In this document: piece by piece, positions 36,796 through 46,147 of the stretch
Layout: each line of letters starts with the position of its first letter
Numbering within the stretch: the stretch's first letter is position 1
DNA from: Candidatus Latescibacterota bacterium
GTDB taxonomy: Bacteria; Latescibacterota; UBA2968; UBA8231
Direction: 5' to 3'
Assembly: GCA_965223905.1 (NCBI GenBank)
Contig: CBDCXV010000011.1
Coordinates: forward strand, 1,504,001 to 1,568,000
Length of the DNA: 64,000 nt
The notes under the pieces: generated by a model
The model's input: the letters and a program-made list of their open reading frames with translations, nothing else
Databases searched by the model: none
Told to the model about the DNA's origin: nothing
Program-made: the position numbers and the translations under genes

Positions 36796-38188
36796 GTTCG
36801 ACGAGAAATTTGCAGAGGGGACAGACCTGATGCATGTCTTGGATATTTCTCAAGCCAAACGAATCAACCAAGTCCGGAAGCACGACAATACCGAGATGCG
36901 TATAGATCGTCTCGAAATCCGGAATTTCCGGTGCTTCGAGCACCGGGCGTTTGAATTCGACCCCCGATTCACCTTGTTGATCGGCGCAAACGCGACTGGC
37001 AAGACCGCTGTCCTCGAGGCCCTGGCCGTTGCCTTGGGGGCCGTATTGACCCCGGTTCCTGACGCAGCAAGCAGAGGGATCGGACGCCGAGACGTTCGTC
37101 GGATATATCGATTCGCAGGGGAGACCGGACACTTCGAGGATCAGTATCCGGCCCGCATCGAGGCAGGCGGATCGTTCGGTGGAAGGGAGCTGGTTTGGGT
37201 GCGCGAGTTGAAGTCTGCGAAATCCCGAACTACACGCGGGGAGACACGAGAAATCAGGCGAGCAATGAGTGACCTGATTCGTCAAAGCATCGACAACGAC
37301 CATACCGTTTACCCCTGCATCGGCTACTACGGCACCGACAGGTTCGGACTCGGGCAACGGCGAACAGCCAAAGGGGTCGATCCCTCTGGGCGCAACTCGC
37401 GCTACATCGGTTACCAGGGTTGCCTGACCCCGACCTCGTCCCCACGGTACCTGACCGCGTGGATCAAGCGCCTCGCCCTCATCGAGGCCCAACGGGGGGA
37501 ACCCCTGAAAACGCTTCGCGCCGTATACGAGGCCATCGCCGCTTGCGTCGAGAACGCCCTCGCCGCGGAGTTCGATTTCGAAGAGGACGACATCGTCGTC
37601 GAGTTCGGCAACGACACCCGCGCTCCCTTTCAAACCTTGAGCGACGGACAACGTAGCATGGGGGCCATCGCTGCGGACATCGCGATGCGCTGCTCCCAAC
37701 TCAATCCGCACCTGAACGACCGCGCTTCCGCAGAGACGCCCGGCATTGTATTGATCGACGAGCTCGATCTGCACCTTCACCCACGCTGGCAACGTGGAGT
37801 CATTGAAGACCTGGGCAAGACTTTTCCCCGGCTTCAGTTCATCGCCACCAGCCATTCGCCGTTCATCATCCAGTCCGTAAGCGAAGGCGGCGTGATCAAC
37901 CTGGATCAGGGGGATGACCTCCCGGAGACGCCGGAGTTGCAGAGCATCGAGGACGTCGCGGAAAACATCATGGGCATTGAACAGCCGCAACAAAGCCAGC
38001 GTTTTCAGAAAATGGTGGAGGCCGCCGAGGAGTATTTTCAACTCATTGAAAGTGCCTCGGCAGCGAACGACTCGGAAAAGGTCAAGAGCCTTCGAGAGCG
38101 GCTCGACGAACTCGAAGAACCCTTTGCAAACAACCCGGCCTACGTCGCTTTCCTGCGCTTGCAGCGGACGGGGAAGAATCTCCAATAA
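36782..38188 (+). CDS. ptuA: PtuA-like ABC/AAA ATPase (Septu type) preceded in frame by a 38-aa BrnA antitoxin N-terminus
   Basis: MKAREFDEKFAEGTDLMHVLDISQAKRINQ (BrnA-like, overlaps brnT), then MRIDRLEIRNFRCF (ATG 36896), GANATGKT, LSDGQR, VLIDELDLHLHPRWQR, TSHSP. Confidence 0.85.
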   Translation: MKAREFDEKFAEGTDLMHVLDISQAKRINQVRKHDNTEMRIDRLEIRNFRCFEHRAFEFDPRFTLLIGANATGKTAVLEALAVALGAVLTPVPDAASRGIGRRDVRRIYRFAGETGHFEDQYPARIEAGGSFGGRELVWVRELKSAKSRTTRGETREIRRAMSDLIRQSIDNDHTVYPCIGYYGTDRFGLGQRRTAKGVDPSGRNSRYIGYQGCLTPTSSPRYLTAWIKRLALIEAQRGEPLKTLRAVYEAIAACVENALAAEFDFEEDDIVVEFGNDTRAPFQTLSDGQRSMGAIAADIAMRCSQLNPHLNDRASAETPGIVLIDELDLHLHPRWQRGVIEDLGKTFPRLQFIATSHSPFIIQSVSEGGVINLDQGDDLPETPELQSIEDVAENIMGIEQPQQSQRFQKMVEAAEEYFQLIESASAANDSEKVKSLRERLDELEEPFANNPAYVAFLRLQRTGKNLQ

Positions 38189-38200
38189 TCCGAAACCTGG

Positions 38201-38839
38201 ATGGACCGACTCATGCGGCGTGTTGATCGAGGATCGTGGCCCCTGGACGATCAAAACAACCCCAAGAGATTTCAGCCGTACAACAAGGCCAAGGCGGATC
38301 TGCTTGAGAGACTCGGTCGATACTGTAGCTATTGCGAACGCCGGGGAGACCTCCACATAGATCATGTCGTCCCCAAAAGCCATCGGCCTGACTTGGAGGA
38401 AAAGTGGACCAATATGCTGCTCGGCTGTAGTAACTGCAACGGTACCAAAAGCGATAACAACCGTTCGCGACAAGGTTACCTCTGGCCGGACAAAGACAAC
38501 ACGGAAGCCGCCTTCTCATACTTGCCCGACGGAATTGTTCGAGTGCGAAACAACCTTCCAGGACCGATCCAAAGAAAAGCGCAGAGGTTGTTTGATCTAG
38601 TCGGGCTTGGCAAGAGCCGGACAAAGGATCCTCGTGCGAAAGATTTGAGACGGCGAGACCGTCGCGAGGCTTGGCGAACTGCGGAGATAGCACGGCAGAA
38701 TGCCAAAAATGGGGCCAGTGTTGACATGGTGATCACGTTGGCAAAGGCGACCGGATTCTTTTCGGTATGGATGGCGGTATTTGCAAACGAACCTCAGATA
38801 TGCAGTCTACTGCGGAACAGCTTCCCAGGAACGCGATAA
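38201..38839 (+). CDS. ptuB: HNH endonuclease, PtuB-like
   Basis: GRYCSYCE, IDHVVPK, NMLLGCSNCNGTK, TGFFSVWM, FPGT. 12 bp after the ATPase. Confidence 0.85.
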   Translation: MDRLMRRVDRGSWPLDDQNNPKRFQPYNKAKADLLERLGRYCSYCERRGDLHIDHVVPKSHRPDLEEKWTNMLLGCSNCNGTKSDNNRSRQGYLWPDKDNTEAAFSYLPDGIVRVRNNLPGPIQRKAQRLFDLVGLGKSRTKDPRAKDLRRRDRREAWRTAEIARQNAKNGASVDMVITLAKATGFFSVWMAVFANEPQICSLLRNSFPGTR

Positions 38840-38879
38840 ACCCCCGTGGCGTCAGGCCAGCCTCATCCCCGGACTGACT

Positions 38880-38933
38880 TAGCCCAAGGCTTTTCAGCTG
38901 CATCGGCACGGATTCATCGAGCAGCAGTCTCAT
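38880..38933 (-). pseudogene. N-terminal stub of a DUF5615 PIN-like toxin
   Basis: MRLLLDESVPMQLK overlaps the DUF433 3' end, then similarity is lost. Confidence 0.65.
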
Positions 38934-39174
38934 AAGCCATTTTTTCGAGGACTTCTCTCGCCATATCGATCGCCCTTATTACCTGCTCGCGGCTTACCGA
39001 CGGAAAATCGGTCAGGAATTCATCCAGATCATGCCCGCCTGGCAAATAGTCAAACAGGTTTTTCAATGGCACCCGGGTCCCATCGAAAATGGGAGTGCCG
39101 CTCACAAAGCCATCTTTGCTGTGAAATGGGCCGTTCTCGATTGTGAGTACCGGATTTCCGGTTGTTTGTGCCAT
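38914..39174 (-). CDS. DUF433 family antitoxin
   Basis: VSGTPIFDGTRVPLKNLFDYL..G..LDEFLTDFPSVSREQV. GGAGG RBS. Confidence 0.9.
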   Translation of the reverse strand: MAQTTGNPVLTIENGPFHSKDGFVSGTPIFDGTRVPLKNLFDYLPGGHDLDEFLTDFPSVSREQVIRAIDMAREVLEKMAYETAAR

Positions 39175-39316
39175 GGTGTTCCTCCCAGTGTTTATACCGA
39201 TCGGATGTAGGTAAAGGCGTCGGCGCTGGGCAGGCATTGGCGCAGGTGATCGGCGACGGTGCGCTTTCGGGTTGTCGAGTATGTGTGTGTCGTCCGTCAT
39301 GGCTCCATTGTAGGGG

Positions 39317-39703
39317 TCAGACCAGTTGGATCGGACCCGGGTAGCGCCCGACGACTTCATCCACCGTCAACAGCATCATCCCTTCGATCTGCGCCTGGGC
39401 GACCAGCAGCCGGTCGAACGGGTCCTTGTGGATCGGCGGCAGCGTATCCACCGCCACCGCATGGGCGCCGGTTACCACGAGTTCCGTGTAGTTGTGCTCC
39501 AGCAATCCTCGGCGCAGAACGCGCGGGTCGACCCTGAAGTCTTCCCGTCCCAAGCCTTTCTTGATAGCAACCTCCCAGAGCGATGCGGCGCTGTAAACCA
39601 ACTCCGACTCCGGATCTTCGATCAAACTGCGCGCCTCCGCAGGCAACCGGTCCGGCTCACCCGCGGCCCAGAGCAGGACATGGGTGTCGAGAAGGAGATT
39701 CAC
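39317..39703 (-). CDS. vapC: VapC PIN-domain toxin
   Basis: LLDTHVLLW, SAASLWEVAIK, HKDPFDRLLVAQA, LLTVD. Confidence 0.93.
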   Translation of the reverse strand: MNLLLDTHVLLWAAGEPDRLPAEARSLIEDPESELVYSAASLWEVAIKKGLGREDFRVDPRVLRRGLLEHNYTELVVTGAHAVAVDTLPPIHKDPFDRLLVAQAQIEGMMLLTVDEVVGRYPGPIQLV

Positions 39704-39945
39704 GCGCCGCCTTCGAACAACGCCTCGATCTCGGCGGAGCCCATCCGGTCGAAGTCGGGCGGTACCGAGATCTTCCCTTGCAGAAACCCCGTCCGGCTCG
39801 CGGTTGCGGGCTCCGGGGCATCCACCGCCACGACTTTGACCAAGGGCTTGCCTGCCCGCGCAATAACGAACGGCTCGCCTTGGACAGCTTTCTCAACAAG
39901 CCGCGAAAGGTGGGTCTTGGCTTCGTGCATATTGACTGTACGCAT
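39700..39945 (-). CDS. Phd/YefM family antitoxin
   Basis: VNMHEAKTHLSRLVEKA..GE.FVIARAGKPLVKV. GTGA overlap with vapC. Confidence 0.93.
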   Translation of the reverse strand: MRTVNMHEAKTHLSRLVEKAVQGEPFVIARAGKPLVKVVAVDAPEPATASRTGFLQGKISVPPDFDRMGSAEIEALFEGGA

Positions 39946-39957
39946 GGCCTTCTCCTA

Positions 39958-39982
39958 GGACTTAGTCCATAAAACTTAGTTC
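39958..39982. promoter_or_regulatory. Probable Phd-VapC autoregulatory operator (two ACTTAGT boxes)
   Basis: Near-palindrome GGACTTAGTCC (39958-39968) and AAACTTAGTTC (39972-39982), directly upstream of the antitoxin RBS. Confidence 0.55.
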
Positions 39983-40048
39983 ATTTCTGTCGTACTGCAA
40001 GGGACAGTCGGGAAACGCACTTCGCGGTACTCGGACCGGTGCCAGGAG

Positions 40049-43000
40049 CTATTCCTTTGCGATGTAGACGAACGTGGCGTGATTGCCGTGGGCGACGACC
40101 TTCCGCGTCTTGACCGTGTCGTTAATGGAAAGCACCTGCTTGGGTGGATTCCCATCGAAAGGGAAGTCCGCATTCGGGCGGCATCTCCAATATCCCAAGC
40201 CCTGATCCAACTTCAGGGTCCAGATGTCGCCCCCCTCCCATTCCAGTCGAAGCTCGCGGAAGTGAGGCGCATCGCCCGTCTCGAACTTGAACGGCCCCTT
40301 CCAACCCAGCCGGCCTCGGCCCGTGTCGATTGCCTGCTCGAAAAACGACTGTCGAGCCGCGTCATCTTGCCATTTGTCACCGATCGACCGTCCGTCCCGA
40401 CTCTGGCGCCGATCACGCCGCATATCCCTGGTGAATAGCCGCAATGCCGTCTGAGAGTCCGCCCATCCTTCTCGCACCAAGCGAAGCAACAACTCGCGTA
40501 GTAACAGCCCTGCCCAAGGCGTGGCGAGATATCGATCGCAATAGCTCACGCGAGTCAACAGATCCTTACTGAATTGCTCCTTCAGCGGACTGCAATGATT
40601 GTGAATATGGGTCCAGAATCGAGAACCAAATCCTTCGATTCGTCCATCAAATTCTTTTTCAATGGGTAGTATCGCTACGGTACCGCCAGGCTGCGGGCGA
40701 AGTTTGTCAATTGGTACAACGTCGGTTTGAAGCTGTGGCAACGGGCTTTCAAACTGTGCGTAGACGGTCTGACCCCCCTCTGAGGGCAGACTCCATGCGA
40801 CGTTCAGCGCCGAGGCACCCTCGCTCGACGTTGCCCATGCGACGTGTGTGTGGATTCCTCCAGCGGCGGCAACCATAGCACCGTTTGAGGAATCGGTGGT
40901 TGCCGCTGGCGTGATGTGCACTTCAATGTGGCCACGCCCCGCGGCAACCAGAGCAGCCAGTGAGTGGCAGCTTCCCTCATCGAGTTCTTTCATGGTGGCC
41001 GGAGCCACGAGCAATCGAACCAGCCGTTCGTCATTGGCCCATCGCAAGACATCTCGGTAAAGAGGGAAGTCCTCTACATCCCAGGAATCAGGGTCGCCGC
41101 CCACCCACAATCGAACCTCTTCCACACCGGGCTCCCCTGCGACTTCCGCAAGGTGGCGAACCAATGGGCGGGTCAAAGCACGGGAGTCAGGTCCGAGGAA
41201 GCGGTCGCCTTCCTTGAGATCAAGACCATCAAGGCGCTCAGCGGTCAGAAATTCGCGGGCTTTGTGTCGATCGAGCTTGGCCGAGTCGTACTGAGTGTCG
41301 AAGCTGAGAAGGCATCCGTGGCAAGCCATGTCGCATTTTTTCGGACAGTCAAGAACTTTAAGGGCCTCGCGCAGTACCGGGACGACGTGATCACGCAACG
41401 CCCCCACATAGCCATTGCCGCCCGTCGCAGCATCATAGAGAAATATCGATCGTTGAGTCGTTCCATCAGTGGACTTGCTCGGGCGTTCCGTTACGCCGAC
41501 TTCCTCTTCCTCAATGCCAAGCCGGTGACAAAAGGAGCGCCGCAAGGCGATGCCGAGAGACAGGGCGGTTGTGGCATCGTTCAAGCCGGATAACTGCAAC
41601 TCAAAGACATCCGTGATGCGGCTGCCACCCAGTGAAAGGCCGCGTTGGATGGCAAACCCGGTGCCGTCGCATTGGCTGCTACCGTCCGGATCCTTTCCGC
41701 CACGCAGGCGCGAGTGTCCGTCCTGAAACGCTTCCGGTGGGCCGGTCTCCGATGCCAGACCACTTTCGGACGCGGCACGGCCGCAACGCAGGCAGACCGC
41801 GTACCCGTGATGCCCAGCTCCCCTGCTGCCATGAAACAGATGACCGGAGTCGGTGTAGCGGAAGCGCCCCATGTCCGAGTTTGCCAGCGGCACCCACTCC
41901 GGGGTTGGACAACTGATCCAGGGCGGTTCCACCGGGATATAGGTCGGAGCGACGACGTTGTTGTGCGGCGAATGGCGGATATCGACCGCGAATCCCGCCG
42001 GTTCGAGGTACTTCTGGGACCTCACCGCACCGTCGCACTGCGGACACTTGTCGGGCGGGAAATGGGAATCTCCGGTGTTACCGCATTCATGACACCGCCA
42101 GACGTGGCGAAGTGACTGCACCTCGTTGACGCTCTCTACATCTGGCGGGATGTGCCAGTTGAGGGTCACGCCGCCGGACTCGTACACCCGCCCGTCCATG
42201 ACGACTTCCGCGCCTGGGGCATACTCTCGAATTGCCATTTCCATCTGGCGAGAGGGGTACCCCAGCCTCTTTCCGAATGCCTCTTCCCGATCCTCCCGGT
42301 TTGTCTGCCTTCGTTTCAACTCCTCTATCGTGAGAGGCACGAAACTGACGATACCGATTGGGAATCCGTAGCCCGGCAGGAATTGCCGATTCGCAAGTTC
42401 TCGCAGCAGGTATTCGTCCTCCAATCGGCGGAGCTGGTGCTCTATTGCGAGGACCGCCGGGGGGCGTGATTGCCCTGGCTCATCCTCGAACTGGGCGGCG
42501 TCCTTACGCAGTGCGTCAACTTCGCGCCCCCACGCCGCCAATGCTTGGTCCAGGGCGGTCGCGGCGGCGTTCAACAATTGTATCGTCTCATTAGTCGCCA
42601 ACCCGGTGCCCTGAATGAGCCCTCCCAAACCCTGTACAAGGCGTTCTTCCGTCTCTGCCTCGGCACGGCACCATTCGGCAAATTGGCGTCCGGGGCTTGA
42701 CCCCGACGCCTCGTCAGGCTGGAAAAACCAGCCCGTCTTGAGCCGACGGACATCCCGGCCTTCCAGGAAGGCTCCCAGGCAAAGCGAATTGACGTGCCTC
42801 TGCACCAAGCGCTCACTGTCGAGGGCAACTCGGGGAATACCAGTTTTTGACCTGAAGGGCCATAGCGGATTGGCGAACACCTGTTCCCCGTGGGGGGTGC
42901 TCGGGCAGAGCGTGACCGCGAACGATACACCCTCGCCCCGGCGCCCTGCCCGGCCGGCACGCTGCAGGTAGTTGGTAGAGCTCGGAGGCGTGTTGTTCAT

Positions 43001-46000
43001 GACCACCGCCGAGAGTCCGCCGATGTCGACGCCCATCTCCATGGTGGTCGAACAACTGAGCACGTTCAGATCGCCGGCCTTGAAGCGCTCCTCAAGGCCC
43101 CGCAAACGCTGTCCATCGAGCTGAGCGGAGTGTTCGGCAGCTTCGAAGTACTGGGTGTTGGCAACGATTCGATCGTTGAGGTTGGACCAGACACCGAGCT
43201 CGCGCACCTGCTGTACTCGAGGGTCGGTTTCCAGCCATTCAGCGATTTCCTCACGGCTGGCCTCGCGTCCGGACGAATCGCGCCAATACGGCCTGGGTAC
43301 GCGGGGCAGCTCAAACTGACGACACTTCGCCGGTTCTCCGCGCTCTGGCTGGTAAGGCGACAGCCCATTTAACGTTGCGTCCAGCACTCGCGCGGTATAA
43401 GGACACATCTCGCCGGACGAGAGCTCGCTCAATACCGCGGTGTCGCGAAGCTTAAGCAGATAGCCATCCCCGACCTGTTGAAAGTGTGGGCGCAATGCCG
43501 TCCAAGCATGTTCGATCACTTCGTTGATCCTGTCTTTGCTCGACGGTGAGTCGTCCAGGCCAGCCGCTTGTTGAAGTAGACGGGGGATTCGGGAGGGTCT
43601 GACTCCTGTACGCAGCGACGGCCAGCGTCGTTGCAACCGCGTTAACACGCCATCGAATCCCGGGCCTTGAACGTAGCGTTTCCGAACCGGTATCCCCATC
43701 CAATGCAGATATCCATCCTCCACATCAACAGCGCTGACATCGCGCATGAAGAAATCGAAAACCATTTTCAGGAATACGGACCAATCCTCAGCTTGAAGCA
43801 GCCAACCGGCCGGCGGTGTCTTGCCTTCCAGAGCGGGGTAACGAAGCGAGATCATTCCCATCGTCTCGGCGGAGTTCATGCGCTTCGGTCGGCGAAAGAA
43901 TTCGCGGTAAAGGCAGAAACTGGCAAACTCTTCCAGGGTGCCATGGATGTAAGTTGTTCCCCGAAAGTACTTGTGCATCCGGCGCAAGCTGGCGTCGTCC
44001 ATCAGACGATAGATCGCGTCGTGCCACGGCAGCGTTCCGAGCCCGCTCGTTGCACGCTTCTGTTTGAGTTCGTCCTCCAGACGTTCGCGAAGGGACCTAA
44101 GCTCTAGCTTGTCTGGAAGACTTGCTATCTGCCGTTCAAGCTCACTGGTGTCCACGGTCTCCCTTTCGGCCGCCAGCGCGTGATAGAGGACGCTGCGAAC
44201 CCGGTTCCGCTCCGCCTCCTGCTGAAGCCTCACCGCCAGGCGCGCGGAACCTTGTCGCGAGTCGCTGAAGCCCAGGAGCCTCCTGCCCTGGCTCGGAAGA
44301 CCTGCCCCCGGACGCATCGGCGGCGTGTGCTCCAAGGCCGTAGGAACGATGGTCGATAGCGCAAAGGGTGCACCGATGCGCAACTCCCGGAATGGTCGAC
44401 GTCGATTGTCTTTGCCGCCGCAGCGGGGACAGGTTATCGGACCTGTATCAAGCGGCGACAGGCGGACCGGGATTCCGCCGCTATCCTTGGAGAGAGTTTG
44501 ATCTTGGCTCAGACGCCACTCTTCAATCTGCTCCTCGTCGAAGCCATGCCCGCAGATTAGCCTGCGAATGACCGACGGAGCAGGCGGCTCGGCTTCGTCA
44601 TCTTCATCGGGGTCGATTTCGAGCTGAAACTCGTCAATGTCCGCCTCCTCAACGTAGGGCATCAGCTTCTGCTCTCCTGTCTCACCCGAGAACGTCTCCT
44701 CGGCAGACAGATAGTCCTGTCCACACTCCCCGCACACTACCAACTCGAATACGGGATAGCCGCAGTGTTCGCATTTGGTGTGGCGCTGGGGGAACAGGCC
44801 ACCGAAGGCCCAACCATCTCCGAGAACCGAGTCGCGACCATTGCATGAGGGATTGACACACGCCCACAGGCCGCGCTGCGCCCGGTGAAAGAGATGGACG
44901 CGCAAGGGCAAGAACACCTCGTCATTTCGCCTGGCCGATGAAGCCATTTCAAGAAGTGCGGTCACTTTCTTGAAGCCGAGACCAGATTCCTCCTGTAAGG
45001 CTTTGAGCAGGATGGGTTCCTTGGCCAAACGGGCGCGAATTGACCTCGAAGCAGGATGGTGACAAAGAGCGTCGTACAACTGATCGGCATTCAGACCGTC
45101 AAGACTCGTCGCCATCTGCCTTGGATCAGCCGGTGGCAACGGCGGAACGAATCGCTCTCCGGTCACGACATGGACGCGATCCGCAGGTACACCGGATAGG
45201 TCCGCAAGAAAACGCTGCAAGTCGTTCTTGGCGTCAGCATCCCCAATCGTCGCCGAGGTGGCGATGAAGCGCACACTCCCGGAGTCCACTTCAAAGCGGT
45301 GCAGGACACGCCGGAGCAGCAATGCCATCTCGGCGGCTTGCGAGCCGATGTAGGTATGGGCCTCGTCTAGCACGATCCAGCGCAGCTTGCCGCGGGACTG
45401 CTCAAGTATTGGACGATCCTCGGTGCGTACCAGCATGTATTCCAACATCGTCGAGTTAGTGACGAGTATCGGTGCTGCCCCCCCACGGAGAATCTGCCTC
45501 GAAATCTGCTCTGCTCCTGCCCGCATTTGTTCGTGGGCCTGTGCCTTCTCAGGCGTCTCCCCGTTGTAGAGACAGAAGCGTATGTCGTTGCCGAAACCAT
45601 TGCACCAAGCCCGAAGCCGGTCGCGCTGACTGTTGATGAGCGCATTCAAGGGGTAGAGGAACAGCGCCCGTACGCCGGTAAGGCCGCCGGCTTGGGTGCG
45701 TTCCCGGGCCAAGTCTTCGAGAATCGGAACCAGAAAGCACTCAGTCTTCCCGGAGCCCGTACCGCTCGCAACCAACACTGAACGGGGAACGTCTTCGAGA
45801 AGAAGATTCCAGCAGTCGAGTTGATGTTGGAAGGGTTTGCGGTTGCGGGGAAATGCATACTCCCTGTAATCCCGCGACGGTTTGTCCATCGCCGACACTA
45901 CTTCTTGCCGGAGCAAGCCGCTTCGGACCAGCCCCTTCATGTCGACTTCGGCCAGCTTCCAACCAAACGCGGCTTCCAGTACGGGATCGGCCAGCAAGGC

Positions 46001-46147
46001 GCCGGGTTTGCCCGGCTCTCGTGCGTACAAACTCTCCAGATACTTGCGCAGCGCTGGGGAGCGCAGGCCCAGTTGCGAAAGGATGGCTCTGCCTGAGCGA
46101 GTGGAGAGATCCTGGATCAGATTCGAGATGCTGACGGTTTCGGTCAT
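40049..46147 (-). CDS. druE: 2032-aa DEAD/DEAH helicase with DUF1998 Zn domain, DruE-like (Druantia type III)
   Basis: GTGSGKTECF, LYPLNALINSQRDRL, DEAH, SAT, TTMEMGVDIG, YLQRAGRAGRR, DAATGGNGY, CPKKCDMACHGCL. C-terminal DRY...PHFREL...LDQGLGYW. ATGA-coupled to the upstream gene. Confidence 0.85.
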   Translation of the reverse strand: MTETVSISNLIQDLSTRSGRAILSQLGLRSPALRKYLESLYAREPGKPGALLADPVLEAAFGWKLAEVDMKGLVRSGLLRQEVVSAMDKPSRDYREYAFPRNRKPFQHQLDCWNLLLEDVPRSVLVASGTGSGKTECFLVPILEDLARERTQAGGLTGVRALFLYPLNALINSQRDRLRAWCNGFGNDIRFCLYNGETPEKAQAHEQMRAGAEQISRQILRGGAAPILVTNSTMLEYMLVRTEDRPILEQSRGKLRWIVLDEAHTYIGSQAAEMALLLRRVLHRFEVDSGSVRFIATSATIGDADAKNDLQRFLADLSGVPADRVHVVTGERFVPPLPPADPRQMATSLDGLNADQLYDALCHHPASRSIRARLAKEPILLKALQEESGLGFKKVTALLEMASSARRNDEVFLPLRVHLFHRAQRGLWACVNPSCNGRDSVLGDGWAFGGLFPQRHTKCEHCGYPVFELVVCGECGQDYLSAEETFSGETGEQKLMPYVEEADIDEFQLEIDPDEDDEAEPPAPSVIRRLICGHGFDEEQIEEWRLSQDQTLSKDSGGIPVRLSPLDTGPITCPRCGGKDNRRRPFRELRIGAPFALSTIVPTALEHTPPMRPGAGLPSQGRRLLGFSDSRQGSARLAVRLQQEAERNRVRSVLYHALAAERETVDTSELERQIASLPDKLELRSLRERLEDELKQKRATSGLGTLPWHDAIYRLMDDASLRRMHKYFRGTTYIHGTLEEFASFCLYREFFRRPKRMNSAETMGMISLRYPALEGKTPPAGWLLQAEDWSVFLKMVFDFFMRDVSAVDVEDGYLHWMGIPVRKRYVQGPGFDGVLTRLQRRWPSLRTGVRPSRIPRLLQQAAGLDDSPSSKDRINEVIEHAWTALRPHFQQVGDGYLLKLRDTAVLSELSSGEMCPYTARVLDATLNGLSPYQPERGEPAKCRQFELPRVPRPYWRDSSGREASREEIAEWLETDPRVQQVRELGVWSNLNDRIVANTQYFEAAEHSAQLDGQRLRGLEERFKAGDLNVLSCSTTMEMGVDIGGLSAVVMNNTPPSSTNYLQRAGRAGRRGEGVSFAVTLCPSTPHGEQVFANPLWPFRSKTGIPRVALDSERLVQRHVNSLCLGAFLEGRDVRRLKTGWFFQPDEASGSSPGRQFAEWCRAEAETEERLVQGLGGLIQGTGLATNETIQLLNAAATALDQALAAWGREVDALRKDAAQFEDEPGQSRPPAVLAIEHQLRRLEDEYLLRELANRQFLPGYGFPIGIVSFVPLTIEELKRRQTNREDREEAFGKRLGYPSRQMEMAIREYAPGAEVVMDGRVYESGGVTLNWHIPPDVESVNEVQSLRHVWRCHECGNTGDSHFPPDKCPQCDGAVRSQKYLEPAGFAVDIRHSPHNNVVAPTYIPVEPPWISCPTPEWVPLANSDMGRFRYTDSGHLFHGSRGAGHHGYAVCLRCGRAASESGLASETGPPEAFQDGHSRLRGGKDPDGSSQCDGTGFAIQRGLSLGGSRITDVFELQLSGLNDATTALSLGIALRRSFCHRLGIEEEEVGVTERPSKSTDGTTQRSIFLYDAATGGNGYVGALRDHVVPVLREALKVLDCPKKCDMACHGCLLSFDTQYDSAKLDRHKAREFLTAERLDGLDLKEGDRFLGPDSRALTRPLVRHLAEVAGEPGVEEVRLWVGGDPDSWDVEDFPLYRDVLRWANDERLVRLLVAPATMKELDEGSCHSLAALVAAGRGHIEVHITPAATTDSSNGAMVAAAGGIHTHVAWATSSEGASALNVAWSLPSEGGQTVYAQFESPLPQLQTDVVPIDKLRPQPGGTVAILPIEKEFDGRIEGFGSRFWTHIHNHCSPLKEQFSKDLLTRVSYCDRYLATPWAGLLLRELLLRLVREGWADSQTALRLFTRDMRRDRRQSRDGRSIGDKWQDDAARQSFFEQAIDTGRGRLGWKGPFKFETGDAPHFRELRLEWEGGDIWTLKLDQGLGYWRCRPNADFPFDGNPPKQVLSINDTVKTRKVVAHGNHATFVYIAKE

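Noticed and set aside
40049-46147. DISARM or Dpd assignment for the DUF1998 helicase
   Set aside because: No drm methylase, drmC or dpd genes are adjacent. The upstream partner is STY4851/DruH-like and helicase and DUF1998 are in one 2000-aa chain.
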